Below, piece after piece: positions 1 through 11,369 of a stretch of 64,000 nt of DNA. The DNA is from Mobula hypostoma (taxonomy: Eukaryota). The position numbers and the translations under genes were made by a program. Position 1 is the first letter of the stretch, and each line of letters begins with the position of its first letter. The DNA is taken from positions 10,354,001 through 10,418,000 of the forward strand of contig NC_086108.1 in assembly GCF_963921235.1 (NCBI RefSeq), written 5' to 3'. The notes beneath the pieces were generated by a model, which saw nothing but the letters and a program-made list of their open reading frames with translations, did not search any database and was not told the origin of the DNA.

Positions 1-745
1 TGACTATTCTTAATCAGTCCAAATACTTATATATCCTATCCCTTGGAATACCTTCCAATATCTTTCCCACAAATGAGGTCAGACCCATCAGCCTATAGTT
101 TCCTGGTTTCTGTTTTTAGCCTTTTTTAAACAGTGGAGCAACAAAATCTATTCCATAGATTTGTTGACTATAACCACAAGAAAATGAATCTCAGGGTTGC
201 TGTATTTGGTGATATATATGTACTTTGATAATAAATTTACATTGATCTTCAAAACTGAGGAGAATGGAGGAGGTTTTAACGGGAATGCAGAACACACATG
301 GGAGAGAAAAACGAGGGGAAGAAAATGACCAGGGAGTGGGACAGGAAAAATGGCACAGAACAGAAGGGCCAAAGAGCCTGTTCCTGAGCAGTAAATGCAC
401 TGCAATTGATTTCTGTGTGCGCTTGCCATCTGGCTACACGAGAGGTGGCTTTTGTCAACACTGTCTGATCATCTGCACCAACAGCATTCACACTTTTGAT
501 CAGTTACAGGCTGCTTGTGTCAGCTAGGATTTCTTCTGGCATGGAACACTTCAAATGTGTTGAGCTGTTTAGATGTCTGGATCAGAGCAGTGGCGGTTAC
601 TCGATTTCCTCGTTACCAGCTTGGAAGCTCAGCCCCAGTGGATGAATCTGCCCCTGTAATCCCTGCACAGAGCTCTCCACAACTCCACATCCACAGTGAG
701 GTATTGTGTGCAATTCTGGTCTCCTACCTACAGGAAAGAGGTAAT

Positions 746-1030
746 TGTGGTGACCCACTTTCTAGCACACACGAACCGGCTCACAACAGCGCGCGCAGGC
801 AGAGGGCCGGCCCCAAAAAGAGCTCCAGGCCATCTTCACCAGCAGGGGGAGAATCCTGCACGTGGAAAGGGTCTGGGAATATGCATTCCCCACAGCAGTC
901 CCGCCCAGCGAGGGCGGGAACGGGAAGGCTTTAAAGCAGGCCGTGAAGTTTGAATAAATCGCTTTCATCGCAACTCCAACTCACCGACTCCACGTGGTTA
1001 TTCTAGTGCTGTGTGTAGCACACCGCTACA
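746..1030 (+). repeat. 5' LTR of Gypsy element
   Basis: Starts TGTGG, ends CTACA, contains AATAAA; about 18 substitutions plus 1 indel versus the 3' LTR by manual alignment (~93-94% identity, mostly transitions). Confidence 0.95.
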
Positions 1031-1032
1031 AT

Positions 1033-1046
1033 TGGTGACCCCGACG
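1033..1046 (+). promoter_or_regulatory. Primer-binding site complementary to tRNA-Trp 3' end
   Basis: TGGTGACCCCGACG two nt after the LTR; reverse complement of the eukaryotic tRNA-Trp end ...CGUCGGGGUCACCA. Confidence 0.85.
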
Positions 1047-1070
1047 GCCCAAACGATATTTGGGCCAGAG

Positions 1071-1798
1071 ATGATTGACGCCGCATCTGTTCACGCAGTT
1101 TCGTTACAACTGCCAAGCTTTTGGCCGCTGAGACTCCGTCTGTGGTTGGAACAGGCAGAAGCACAATTCCACATTCGGCAGATAACCTCGGAGTCCACTC
1201 GCTACTACTACGTGCTGAGCTCCCTTGACCAGGAGACAGCTGTACAAGTTGAGGAGTTTATACAGTCGCCCCGGAGGACAGCAAATACACAGCATTCAAA
1301 GCCCTGCTCATAAGGACTTTCGGACTCTCACGGCGCGAACGAGCACGCCGCTTAATGCACCTGGATGGTTTGGGAGACAGGCCGCCATCAACATTAATGA
1401 ACGAAATGCTGGCCCTGGCTGAAAGACACAAACCCTGCCTCATGTTTGAGCAGGCGTTCCTAGAGCAACTGCCCGAGGACATACGCCTGCTGCTGTCCGA
1501 CGCAGATTTCAGCGACCTCCGGGAGGTGGCGGCCCGAGCAGATGTGCTGTGGAATGCCAAGAAGGAGAGAGGGGCGTCCGTCGCACAGATCACCAAGCCG
1601 CGTGCCCAATGACAGACCAGACCGGGCCCGGCAGCAGAGCCCAATGAACAATGGTGCTTCTACCACCAGCAGTGGGGCACAGAGGCCCGCCGCTGTAGAC
1701 CACCCTGCAAATTCCTGGGAAACGCCAAGGCCCAGCCGCCGCCGATCGCTACGGCGGCTGGCCATCAGGACAGCCTCCCGTATGTCTGAGACAAGCAG
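1071..1798 (+). pseudogene. gag: Gypsy gag, disrupted (frameshift near 1270 and two in-frame TGA stops)
   Basis: LPSFWP...WLEQAEAQFHIRQI, then LGDRPPSTLMNEML and a WCFYHQQWGTEARRCRPPC Cys/His motif after the frameshift. Confidence 0.85.
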
Positions 1799-4700
1799 TT
1801 GGGACACCGATTTTTGGTTGACACCGGAGCGGAGATCAGCGTCTTACCTCCAGCGAGTTATGACACCAGCAACAGAGAACCGGGACCCACCCTGAGGGCC
1901 GCTAATGGCAGCACAATACGAACCTACGGCACCCGCACGGTGCGGCTACAGTTCAGCTCCAGCCGGTTCACGTGGGACTTCACACTGGCCGCCGTGGCCC
2001 AACCACTCCTGGGGACGGATTTTCTGCGAGCCCACAGCCTGCTGGTCGACCTGCAAGGGAAGCGATTAGTCCACGCCAAGCCTTTTCAAACGTTCTCCCT
2101 GGGTGAAGCGAAGTTGCCAGCCCCACACCTGGACTCCATCACGCTGTCCAACAATGAATTCACCAGGGTTCTGGTGGATTTCCCATCAGTACTGACACCG
2201 CAGTTCATGGCAGCCATGCCCAGACACGGAGTACAGCACCACATCCCGACCCAGGGACCACCCCTCCACGCCCGTGCTCGAAGGCTTCCCCCGGACAAGC
2301 TCCGACTGGCGAAGGAGGAGTTCAAGAAGATGGAGGAATTGGGGATCATACGACGGTCCAACAGCCCATGGGCCTCCCCGCTTCACATAGTGCCCAAGGC
2401 AACGGGGGGCTGGAGACCATGCGGTGACTACCGCAGACTGAACGAGGCTACAACGCCAGACCGCTACCCTGTGCCGCACATTCAAGACTTCGCAGCAAAC
2501 TTACACGGCGCAAGGATCTTTTCCAAGGTAGACCTCGTCTGGGGATACCATCAAATCTCGGTACATCCGGACGACATCCCCAAAACAGCACTCATCACCC
2601 CGTTCGGACTTTTCGAATTCCTCCGAATGCCGTTTGGGCTAAAGAATGCCACACAGACTTTCCAGCGGCTAATGGACGCAGTGGGACGCAACCTGGACTT
2701 TGCATTCATCTATTTGGACGACATCCTCATAGCCAGCAGTAGTCGGCAGGAGCATCTGTCCCACTTCCGCCAGCTCTACTCCCGCCTGAGCGAATTCGGC
2801 CTTATAATCAACCCAGCCAAATGCCAGTTCGGACTCGACACCATCGACTTCCTGGGCCACAGGATTACTAAAGACGGGGCAACCCCTCCGCTCGCCAAGG
2901 TAGACGCGGTCTGCAACTTCCTCCGACCCAACACAACCAAAGGCCTGCAGGAATTCGTGGGTATGGTGAATTTCTACCACCGTTTCCTCCCCTCAGCAGC
3001 CCGAACCATGCGCCCCCTGTTCACTCTGATGTCGGGTAAGGGCAAGGACATTACCTGGGATGAAGAGGCCGTAGCCGCTTTTGTTAAAACCAAAGAAGCC
3101 TTGGCAAACGCCGCGATGCCAGTGCACCCCAGAACGGACGTTCCTACTGCCCTCACGGTGGACGCATCCAACACAGCAGTCAGTGGAGTGCTGGAACAAC
3201 TCATCAAGGGTCGCTGGCAACCCCTGGCGTTCTTCAGCAAACACCTACGACCACCTGAACTCAAATACAGTACTTTCGACCGGGAGCTATTGGCACTATA
3301 CCTGACAATCCGGCATTTCAGGTACTTCTTAGAAGCTAGGCTCTTCACCGCGTTCACAGACCACAAACCGCTTACCTTTGCGTTCACTAAGGTGTCCGAC
3401 CCCTGGTCATCCCGCCAGCAGCGACATCTGTCCTACATCTCCGAGTACACGACGGACATTTGGCATGTCTCTGGAAAGGACAACGTCGTGGCGGACGCAC
3501 TATTCAGACCTACCATACAGGCCCTGTCCCAGGGGGTGGACTATGCAGCGCTGGCAGAGGCACAGCAGGCAGACGCTGAGATCCCCAGTTACAGGGCTGC
3601 GGTCTCCGGTTTGCATCTCCAAGACCTCCCCGTAGGCCCAGGTGAGAGGACCCTACTATGTGACGTAGCTACTGGCCAACCCTGCCCCGTCGTCCCAGCA
3701 GCCTGGCGCCGGCGGGTTTACGAATCCATTGCGCCCTCCTCCATCAGGACAACCGTCCGGCTGGTCGCCAACAGGTTCGTGTGGCATGGGCTGCGTAAAC
3801 AGGTCAGTGAATGGGCCAAAACGTGCATGCAGTGCCAAACGGCCAAGGTGCAGCGGCACACCAAGGCTCCGCCGCAGCGGTTCGAACCCACCCGCCAGAG
3901 GTTCCACCACATTCATGTGGATATCGTGGGGCCCCTGCCAGTGTTGCAAGGAGCGCGGTACCTTCTAACTATGATAGACCGGTTCACCAGATGGCCAGAG
4001 GCAGTCCCGCTCAGCGACACCACCTCCGAATCCTGCGCCCGAGCACTGATCGCAACCTGGGTAGCCCGCTTCGGGATACCGGCCCACATTACCTCCGACA
4101 GAGGCGCCCAGTTCACCTCCAGCCTGTGGTCAGCTATGGCCAACCTTTTAGGATCGCAGCTACACCACACAACTGCCTACCACCCACAGTCGTACGGACT
4201 AGTGGAGCGTTTCCACCATCACCTGAAATTGGCTCTCATGGCCCACCTGGAGGGGCCTAACTGGGTGGACGAGCTTCCCTGGGTCCTGCTCGGAATCCGT
4301 ACGGCGCCCAAAGAGGATCTGCAAACCTCATCGGCCGAGTTGGTGTACGGCGCACCCCTGGTCGTCCCAGGAGAGATCATACCAGCCCCAAGGGGGCAAG
4401 AGGAAGAACCCACAGCAGTCCTGGACAGACTACGGGAGAGGCTCGGTAACCTGGCCCCCATGCCCACTTCACAGCACGGACAGAGCCCGACCTGCGTACC
4501 CAAAGACCTGCAGAACTGTAAGTTTCTTTCTGTACGATGGGGCGGACGCCGGGCACCGCTACAGCGGCCCTACGAGGGACCGTTTAAGGTGATCAGGAAC
4601 AACGGGTCCACATTCGTGCTGGACACTGGGGGGAGAGAGGAGGTTTTCACGGTGGACCGACTCAAACCGGCCCATGTGGACTTGATGCAGCTGGTCCAGG

Positions 4701-5011
4701 CTCAGGCACCGTGGTGCAGGGGCAGACCTCCCAAACAGAGGCCGATCCAGACTGTGGACATTGGGGGAGGTATCGCTGGTTCTGGGGGGGGGGGGTGTTA
4801 TGTGGCGACCCACTTTCTGGCACACACGAACTGGCTCACAACAGCGCGCGCAGGCAGAGGGCCGGCCCCAAAAAGGGCGCCAGGCCATCTTCACCAGCGG
4901 GGGAAAATCCCGCGCACAGAAAGGGTCTGGGAATATGCATTCCCCACAGTAGTCCCGCCCAGGGAGGGCGGGAACGGGAAGGCTTTAAAGCAGGCCGCGA
5001 AGTTTGAATAA
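1799..5011 (+). CDS. pol: Gypsy pol polyprotein (protease, RT, RNase H, integrase), 1070-aa open frame with no ATG of its own
   Basis: FLVDTGA protease; MPFGLKNA and YLDD RT; TVDAS, DRELLA and FTDHKPL RNase H; HVDIVGP, TSDRGAQF and VERF integrase DDE; RPYEGPF GPY/F motif. Confidence 0.93.
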   Translation: MGHRFLVDTGAEISVLPPASYDTSNREPGPTLRAANGSTIRTYGTRTVRLQFSSSRFTWDFTLAAVAQPLLGTDFLRAHSLLVDLQGKRLVHAKPFQTFSLGEAKLPAPHLDSITLSNNEFTRVLVDFPSVLTPQFMAAMPRHGVQHHIPTQGPPLHARARRLPPDKLRLAKEEFKKMEELGIIRRSNSPWASPLHIVPKATGGWRPCGDYRRLNEATTPDRYPVPHIQDFAANLHGARIFSKVDLVWGYHQISVHPDDIPKTALITPFGLFEFLRMPFGLKNATQTFQRLMDAVGRNLDFAFIYLDDILIASSSRQEHLSHFRQLYSRLSEFGLIINPAKCQFGLDTIDFLGHRITKDGATPPLAKVDAVCNFLRPNTTKGLQEFVGMVNFYHRFLPSAARTMRPLFTLMSGKGKDITWDEEAVAAFVKTKEALANAAMPVHPRTDVPTALTVDASNTAVSGVLEQLIKGRWQPLAFFSKHLRPPELKYSTFDRELLALYLTIRHFRYFLEARLFTAFTDHKPLTFAFTKVSDPWSSRQQRHLSYISEYTTDIWHVSGKDNVVADALFRPTIQALSQGVDYAALAEAQQADAEIPSYRAAVSGLHLQDLPVGPGERTLLCDVATGQPCPVVPAAWRRRVYESIAPSSIRTTVRLVANRFVWHGLRKQVSEWAKTCMQCQTAKVQRHTKAPPQRFEPTRQRFHHIHVDIVGPLPVLQGARYLLTMIDRFTRWPEAVPLSDTTSESCARALIATWVARFGIPAHITSDRGAQFTSSLWSAMANLLGSQLHHTTAYHPQSYGLVERFHHHLKLALMAHLEGPNWVDELPWVLLGIRTAPKEDLQTSSAELVYGAPLVVPGEIIPAPRGQEEEPTAVLDRLRERLGNLAPMPTSQHGQSPTCVPKDLQNCKFLSVRWGGRRAPLQRPYEGPFKVIRNNGSTFVLDTGGREEVFTVDRLKPAHVDLMQLVQAQAPWCRGRPPKQRPIQTVDIGGGIAGSGGGGCYVATHFLAHTNWLTTARAGRGPAPKRAPGHLHQRGKIPRTERVWEYAFPTVVPPREGGNGKALKQAAKFE
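4784..4795 (+). promoter_or_regulatory. Polypurine tract (G12)
   Basis: G run 5 nt upstream of the 3' LTR. Confidence 0.8.
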
Positions 5012-5084
5012 ATCGCTTTCATCGCAACTCCAACTCACCGACTCCGTGTGGTTATTCTAGCGCTGTGTGTAGCACATCGCTACA
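4801..5084 (+). repeat. 3' LTR of Gypsy element
   Basis: Direct repeat of 746-1030, followed by TSD TAAT. Confidence 0.95.
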
Positions 5085-5157
5085 TAATCAAGATTGAAAG
5101 AGTACAGAGAAAATTTACAAGGATGTTAGCAGGTCGGGCAGCATCAGAGGAAACGAT

Positions 5158-5195
5158 GAGTCGACGTTTCGGGCCGGAACCCTTCATCAGGACTG
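5158..5195 (-). ncRNA. Minimal type I hammerhead ribozyme motif in the inverted Penelope repeat
   Basis: Minus strand AGTC-CTGATGA-AGGGTTCCGGCCC-GAAA-CGTC-GACT: stem I, conserved core, stem II, palindromic loopless stem III, GUC site. Confidence 0.8.
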
Positions 5196-5743
5196 AAAAA
5201 AGGTGAGGGAGGGTTGGAAGAAGGCTGGTAGGTTCAGCTGAAAAACCAGTAATTTGAAAGACAAAGGGGTGGGGGAGGGGAAGCAGGGACGTCATAGGCA
5301 AGAAAACAATGGGTAGTAGAAGAAGGAGGCGGAACCATGAGGGAGGTGATAGGCAGCTGGGGGAGGGAGCAGAGTGAAATAGGGATAGAGGAGGGAGGGG
5401 GAGGGGGAGGGAATTATCGGAAGTTGGAGAATTCTATGTTCATACCAAGGGGCTGGAGACTACCTAGATGGTATATGAGGTGTTGCTCCTCCAACCTGAG
5501 TTTAGCCTCATCACGGCAGTAGAGGAGGCCATGTATGGACGTATCTGAATGGGAATGTGAAGCAGAGTTGAAGTGGGTGGCTACCGGGAGATCCTGTCTG
5601 TTGTGGCGGACGGAGTGGAGGTGCTCGACGAAGCAGTCCCCCAATCTGTGTCGGCAACACTTCACTTTTGAGCCTGTTGGGGTCATCTATTGCATCCGGT
5701 GCTCCCAGTGCGCCCTCCTCTACATCGGTGAAACCCGACACAG

Positions 5744-8594
5744 ATGGCTCGCTGCCATGCGAAGATACCTAAGGACCCTGTCCCTCTCTCTGCCACCACT
5801 CCGGGCCTCGCTCTCCACCATTTACCATGGACCTCTCCTACACTTCATTCTCTGCCGGATTCACGCCTCCAACTGCCGTTTCTTCTCCTTCCTCACGTCC
5901 AAGAAGGACAACAAGCTCGCCCGCCTGGAGCCCACCACGACGACCGACTCCAGCCTGGACCCCGACCCCTCGGACCTCGACCTCTCAGGCCTTCGACAGG
6001 CCGAAGACCCATCCGCCTCTGACTCTGACCCCGACTGAAATCACGGCCTCCCGGACTTGGGTACCAGCCCCCAGCGGGCCATGGACTCACTCGCCTCCAA
6101 CTCTGACCACAGTTCTGAGACCCTGCAGGCTACAGGCTCCGCCACCCCCAGTTCCGAATCCAGCTCGGACCGAGATCCCGACGCTCTCCAAACCGGAATG
6201 GCTCCTACTGCCGCTGGGTCCCACTGCCCACCTTATTCCCCCACTACCCTCTTGCCTCCCAGCAACTCTCAAATTTCCCTCTACTCCTCATCGCCCCTCT
6301 ATTCCTCTGATCCCTCATCCTCCCATAACCCATCTCTCCCTGAACATCCCAACCCCCCTCTCCCTCCTGAGACCTCCCACTCTTCACCCTCCTCCGACCC
6401 CAGCCCCAACCCTTGCCGTGTCCTCACCATCCCCTCTGACCTTCCCCTTTCTGAGGCAGAACGTTCTGTCCTTAGCAAGGGCCTCACTTTTGTCCCCCTC
6501 TGTCCACACCTCAGTGAGTTCCGTGCCCGCCATGACGCTGAACTCTTCTTCTGTCTCCTACGTCTCCGAGCCTGCTTCTTTGGTAAGGATTCCCCTCCCG
6601 CTACAGATGACCCCTTCTCCTGTCTTCAACCCTCCTCCTCCTCCTGCACCCCGCCCGGGCCTTCTACCTGCACTTGATCTTTTCATCTCCAACTGTCGCC
6701 GAGACATCAACCGTCTCAACTTCACCACTCCTCTCTCCTGTTCCAACCTCACTCCCTCTGAACGCACTGCCCTCCACTCTCTCCGCACTAATCCCAACCT
6801 CACTATCAAACCCGCTGACAAAGGTGGTGCCGCAGTAGTCTGGCGGATGGATCTCTACCTCACTGAGGCCAAACGGCAGCTCTCTGACACCTCCTCTTAC
6901 TTACCCCTGGAACAGGACCCCACCAAAAAACATCAAACCATTGTCTCCCGCACAATCACCGCCCTTATCAACTCCGGAGACCTTCCATCCTCAGCCACCA
7001 AGCTCATAATTCCCACACCCCGTACCGCTCGGTTTTACCTCCTCCCAAAGATACACAAGCCTGACTGTCCCGGTAGACCCATAGTTGCTGCCTGCTCCTG
7101 TCCCACAGAACTTGTATCTGCCTACCTGGACTCCATTTTGTCACCCACAGTTCAGTCCCTCCCCACCTACATCCGGGATACATCCCATGCCCTCCACTTC
7201 TTCAATAACTTCCAGTTCCCTGGTCCTAACCACTTCATTTTCACAATGGATGTCCAATCCCTATACACCTCCATTCCCTATCAAGAAGGCCTCAAAGCCT
7301 TCCGCTAGTTCTGGATAATAGACCTCACCAGTTCCCCACCACCACTACTCTCCTCCGGTTGGCGGAACTGGTTCTCACACTTAATAACTTCTCTTTTGGC
7401 TCTTCCCACTTTCTTCAGACTAAGGGTGTAGCTATGGGCACTTGCATGGGACCCAGCTACGCCTGCCTCTTCGTTGGTTATGTGGAACAGTCTGTGCTCC
7501 AAACCTGTTCTGGTACTGCTCCCCAACTTTTCCTTCGGTACATTGACAACTACATTTGTGCTGCTTCCTGCATCCATACTGAGCTCATCAATTTCATCGA
7601 CTTTACTTCAAACTTCCACCCAGCCCTCAAATTCACTTGGTCTATCTCGGACACTCCTCTCCCCTTTCTCGATGTCTCGGTCTCCATCTCTGGAGACAGA
7701 CTGTCCACTGACATCTTCTACAAGCCCACTGACTCTCATAACTACCTCGACTATACCTCTTCCCACCCCACCACATGCAAAAATGCCATTCCCTATTCCC
7801 AGTTCCTCCGTCTCCACCGCATCTGCTCCCAGGATGAGGCTTTCCATTCCAGGACATCTCAAATGTCCTCTTTCTTTAAGGATCGTGGTTTCCCTTCTAT
7901 CGTCATCAATGATGCCCTCACCCGCATCTCCTCCATTTCCCGCACTTCGGCCCTCACCCCATCCTCCCGCCACCACAATAGGGACAGAGTTCCCCTTGTC
8001 CTCACCTACCACCCCACCAGCCTCCAGATCCAGCACATTATCCTATGCAAATTCCACCACCTTCAACAGGACCCCACCACTAAGCACATCTTTCCCTCTC
8101 CATCCCTCTCCGCTTTCCGCAGGGATCGGTCCCTCCGCGACTCCCTTATCCGCACATCCATCCCCACAGGTCTCCCGCCCGGCACTTATCTCTGTAAGCG
8201 TACGTTCTACACCTGTCCCTACACCTCCTCTCTTGCCACCATTCAGGGCCCCAAATAGTCCTTCCAGGTGAGGCAACACTTCACTTGTGAGTCTGTTGGG
8301 GTCATCTATTGCATCCGGTGCTCCCAGTGCGGCCTCCTTTACATTGGTGAAACCCAACGCAGATTGGGGGACCGCTTCGTTGAGCACCTCCGCTCCGTCC
8401 GCCACAACAGACAGGATCTCCCAGTAGCCACCCACTTCAACTCTGCTTCCCACTCCCATTCAGATATGTCCATACATGGCCTCCTCTACTGCCATGATGA
8501 GGCTAAACTCAGGTTGGAGGAGCAACACCTCATATACCGTCTAGGTAGTCTCCAGCCCCTTGGTATGAACATAGAATTCTCCAACTTCCGGTAA
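5744..8594 (+). pseudogene. Penelope RT-GIY-YIG ORF, disrupted by frameshifts and stops (TAG at 7306 and 8256)
   Basis: LSKGLTF, IKPADKGG, LPKIHK, GRPIV, MDVQSLYTSIP, GVAMG, RYIDN (YIDD degenerate), FLDV, VIYCIRCSQCGLLYIGETQRRLGDRFVEH. Confidence 0.9.
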
Positions 8595-8833
8595 TTCCCT
8601 CCATCTCCCTTCCTCTATCCCTATTTCACTTTGCTCTCTCCCCCAGCTGCCTATCACCTCCCTCATGGTCCCGCCTCCTTCTACTACCCATTGTTTTTCC
8701 TGCCTATGACGTCCCTGCTTCCCCTCCCCCACCCCTTTGTCTTTTAAATTACTGGTTTTTCAACTGAACCTACCAGCCTTCTTCCCATCCGCCCCCCCTA
8801 CCTTCTTTATAGGGCCTCTGCCCCCTCCCTCTA

Positions 8834-8871
8834 CAGTGCTGATGAAGGGTTCCGGCCCGAAACGTCGACTC
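8834..8871 (+). ncRNA. Minimal type I hammerhead ribozyme motif in the Penelope 3' UTR
   Basis: CAGTG-CTGATGA-AGGGTTCCGGCCC-GAAA-CGTC-GACT; G at 8838 (C in the inverted copy) breaks the innermost stem I pair. Confidence 0.75.
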
Positions 8872-9439
8872 ATTGTTTCCACTGATGCTGCCCGACCTGC
8901 TGAGTTCCTTCAGCGTGTTGTGAGTGTTGCTTTGATCCCAGCATCTGCAGATTATTTTGTGTTTACAAGGATGTTGCCAGGTCTGGCAGACCTGAGGTAT
9001 AAGGAAATATCAAATAGGTTAGGACTTAATTCCTTCGAATGTAGAAGTTCGAGAGGAGATTTGATGGAGGTATACAAAATTTGATAGGTATAGATAGGGT
9101 AAACGCTGGCAGGCTTTTTCCACTGAGGTTGGATGGGACCACAACCAGAGGTTATGGGTTAATAGTGAAAGGTGAAAGGTTTAAGGGGAATATGAGGGAA
9201 ACATATTCACTCAGAGGGTCGTGAGAATGTGGAACGAGCTGCCAGCGCAAGTGGTGCATGCAAACTCAATTTCAACATTTAAGAGAAGTTAGGATAGGTA
9301 CATAGATGGGAGGGCTATGAAGGGCTATGGTCCCAATGAAGGTTGGTGGGAGAAGGCAGTTTAAATGGTTTGACACGGAGGGTTGTACTTTTCTATGACT
9401 CTATGAGGTGAAATTTTAATTACTCCCTGAAATTTCCAT

Positions 9440-10755
9440 GGATGTCAGTGGAACAAAACAGCTGGTCACTGCCTTCAGGAAGGTGGACAGCGCACAGGCT
9501 CCTGCCTAGGTCACCAGAGTTGAGATTGAGGTGATTTACAGCTTCAAATTCCTAGGAGTCAACATCAGCCACAGCCTGCCCTAGTCCAACCATGTAGACG
9601 CCACAGTCAAGAAAGCTCACCAACACCTCTACTTCCTCAAGAGGCCAGTGAAATCTGGCAAATCCGAAATGACCCTTGAAAGCATCCTATCTGCATGCAT
9701 TGAGGTCGGTCCGGCAACTACGCTGTGTGTGTTACAGTTTAAGGTGGCACTGCTGAAATTCAGCGACAACTTGCTGGTGGCCAATGAAACAAAGAAAGCG
9801 ACTAAGTACTTTGTTATCCACACAGTTTTTGGTAAGTGGTCACTGCGAACAGCGGACTATGGCTTTCCCGTCAGAATTGACCTGAATTGCCTGTATGACC
9901 TGGGATTTTTTTGTGGCACAGGCCAGGCTCTTGGAGGGACAGGACTGTTGTGGCAAGTCCGAGCCAGAGTGGCTGGAGCAGACTTGGAGGCAATTCGTTG
10001 TGGCGCAGCTGAGGCGAGGCGAAGTCGAGGAAAGATCCGAGGTTTGATTGACTTCAGAGCTGAGCTGAATTGGATAGGTCGGGTACTGGCAGAATCGAGA
10101 TGGCGGAGCCTGAGCCCGAGACTGAGGGCATATCGAAGTGGCAGAGTCGGAGTCTGAGAGCGATAAGTGACCCAAAGTTTGGATGCTTTAAGTGCCGGGC
10201 CAGATTGAAATGGTCAGGGTGTCGGAGTCAGAGGCGAAGGACGCCCGGTTCGGCTGGCTGCTCCATGGTTTTGGTTGTTTCTGAGCTGGATTGAGGGTGT
10301 AGCCTCAGTGGACTTCTGGATGGGCTGCAGCGATGCCTGGCATTCTGAGCTTCCGTTCTGAATGCTGTGTGTTTGCTTTCATTGCTTGCATGATTTGTTT
10401 TACTTTCTCTTTCTCTCTGCACACTGAGTGTATGATGGTCCTCATTTGTTTTTAATGGGTTCTCTTGGGGCTTCTTTGTTTCATAAGGAGACAAATCTCA
10501 AGGTTGTATAAAGTATACGTACGTTGATAATAAATGTACTTCGAACTGCAGAGTTGAGGACGCAGCTCAGCACATCATACAAACCTGCCTCCCCTGAATG
10601 GACTATACACTTCTCGCTTCCTCAGTAAAGCAGCCAACGTAATCAAAAACCCCACCCAGCCGGACATTTTCTCTTCTCCCCTCTCCCACTGGGCAGAAGA
10701 TACAGAAGCCTGAAACCATGTACCAGCAGGCTCAAGGACAGTTTCTATTTCACTA
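9440..10755 (+). mobile_element. Degraded Rex1/Babar-type LINE 3' fragment interrupted at ~9740-10546 by a non-coding retroelement
   Basis: FKFLGVNIS...KKAHQHLYFLKR before the insert and FSPLPLGRRYRSLK after it; the insert ends in the GATAATAAATGTACTTCGAACT tail seen repeatedly in the window. Confidence 0.7.
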
Positions 10756-10765
10756 ATCTCTCTGC

Positions 10766-11176
10766 TGCCTGTTACGTCACTGGCATTTAGGGCAGCAATG
10801 AAGGTCCTACATCTCTGGCAGTGTTCAGGGCTTCCTTCATCGTGCCAGCAGCTTGGGTTTTCACTCCTGTCAGTCATGCAAGTCCCGGGTGGAGACTCAG
10901 GAATACCATCACACTCAGATGTAGAAGGATTCTTCATTGCTGTTTCCGTAACAATTTTGTTTGACCAGTCAGGGTTGTTAGTCCTGAGCTGAACCCCCGA
11001 ACCTGAAGGACCGGTGGACCACTCTTAGTCTGGCCTCTACCCTTTGACCTGTTTAGCATGGATGACCCTACCAAGTACCAAAGCACAAGGCCCTGACTCC
11101 AGCCAACATAGCTCTCTGGGTCATTGAAGCACGCAAACATCTAAACCCTATGAGAAGGTTATGGTCCTCTCGGAGG
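10766..11176 (-). mobile_element. Non-autonomous RTE-derived retroelement
   Basis: Second copy at 34646-34823 plus 36198-36435; minus-strand start resembles fish RTE/Expander 5' UTRs. Confidence 0.6.
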
Positions 11177-11369
11177 CTAGTCCACTAGTATATAACTACC
11201 AAATAGTTCATTTGTACAATAAGATGGTCTCTTGACCTCACAATCCATCTTGTTATAATTTTGCACCTTATTGTCTGCCTTCACTTTCTCTGTAGCTGTT
11301 ACACTTTATTCTGAATTGTCACCTTATGAAAGGTATCTTGTTCTACCTCAGTTCATCGTGTTGACCATT

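Larger units (their letters stand above)
746..5084 (+). mobile_element. Full-length Ty3/Gypsy LTR retrotransposon
   Basis: Two ~285-bp direct repeats bounded by TG...CA (746-1030, 4801-5084); 4-bp TSD TAAT (742-745, 5085-5088); PBS and PPT present; gag then PR-RT-RNaseH-IN domain order. Confidence 0.97.
5128..8961 (+). mobile_element. Penelope-like retroelement with 5' inverted terminal repeat
   Basis: RT plus C-terminal GIY-YIG; 5128-5654 is the reverse complement of ~8356-8901; 14-bp TSD TTTACAAGGATGTT (5114-5127, 8962-8975). Confidence 0.93.
700..9406 (+). mobile_element. CR1 LINE 3' fragment split into three pieces (700-745, 5089-5127, 8962-9406) by the Gypsy and Penelope insertions
   Basis: Removing both inserts restores YCVQFWSPTYRKEVIKIERVQRKFTRMLPGLADLRYKE...RGDLMEVYKI; tail TCTATGACTCTATGA. 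Confidence 0.9.

Noticed and set aside
5827..6645. Pro-rich N-terminal half of the 493-aa ORF as a novel protein
   Set aside because: Alternative frame of the C-rich Penelope ORF, joined to RT by a frameshift
9738..9831. Exon-like segment (TTACAG...FKVALLKFSDNLL...G/GTAAGT) within the 169-aa ORF 9648-10157
   Set aside because: Lies at the 5' end of a retroelement inserted in a Rex1/Babar fragment; the ORF fuses two repeats
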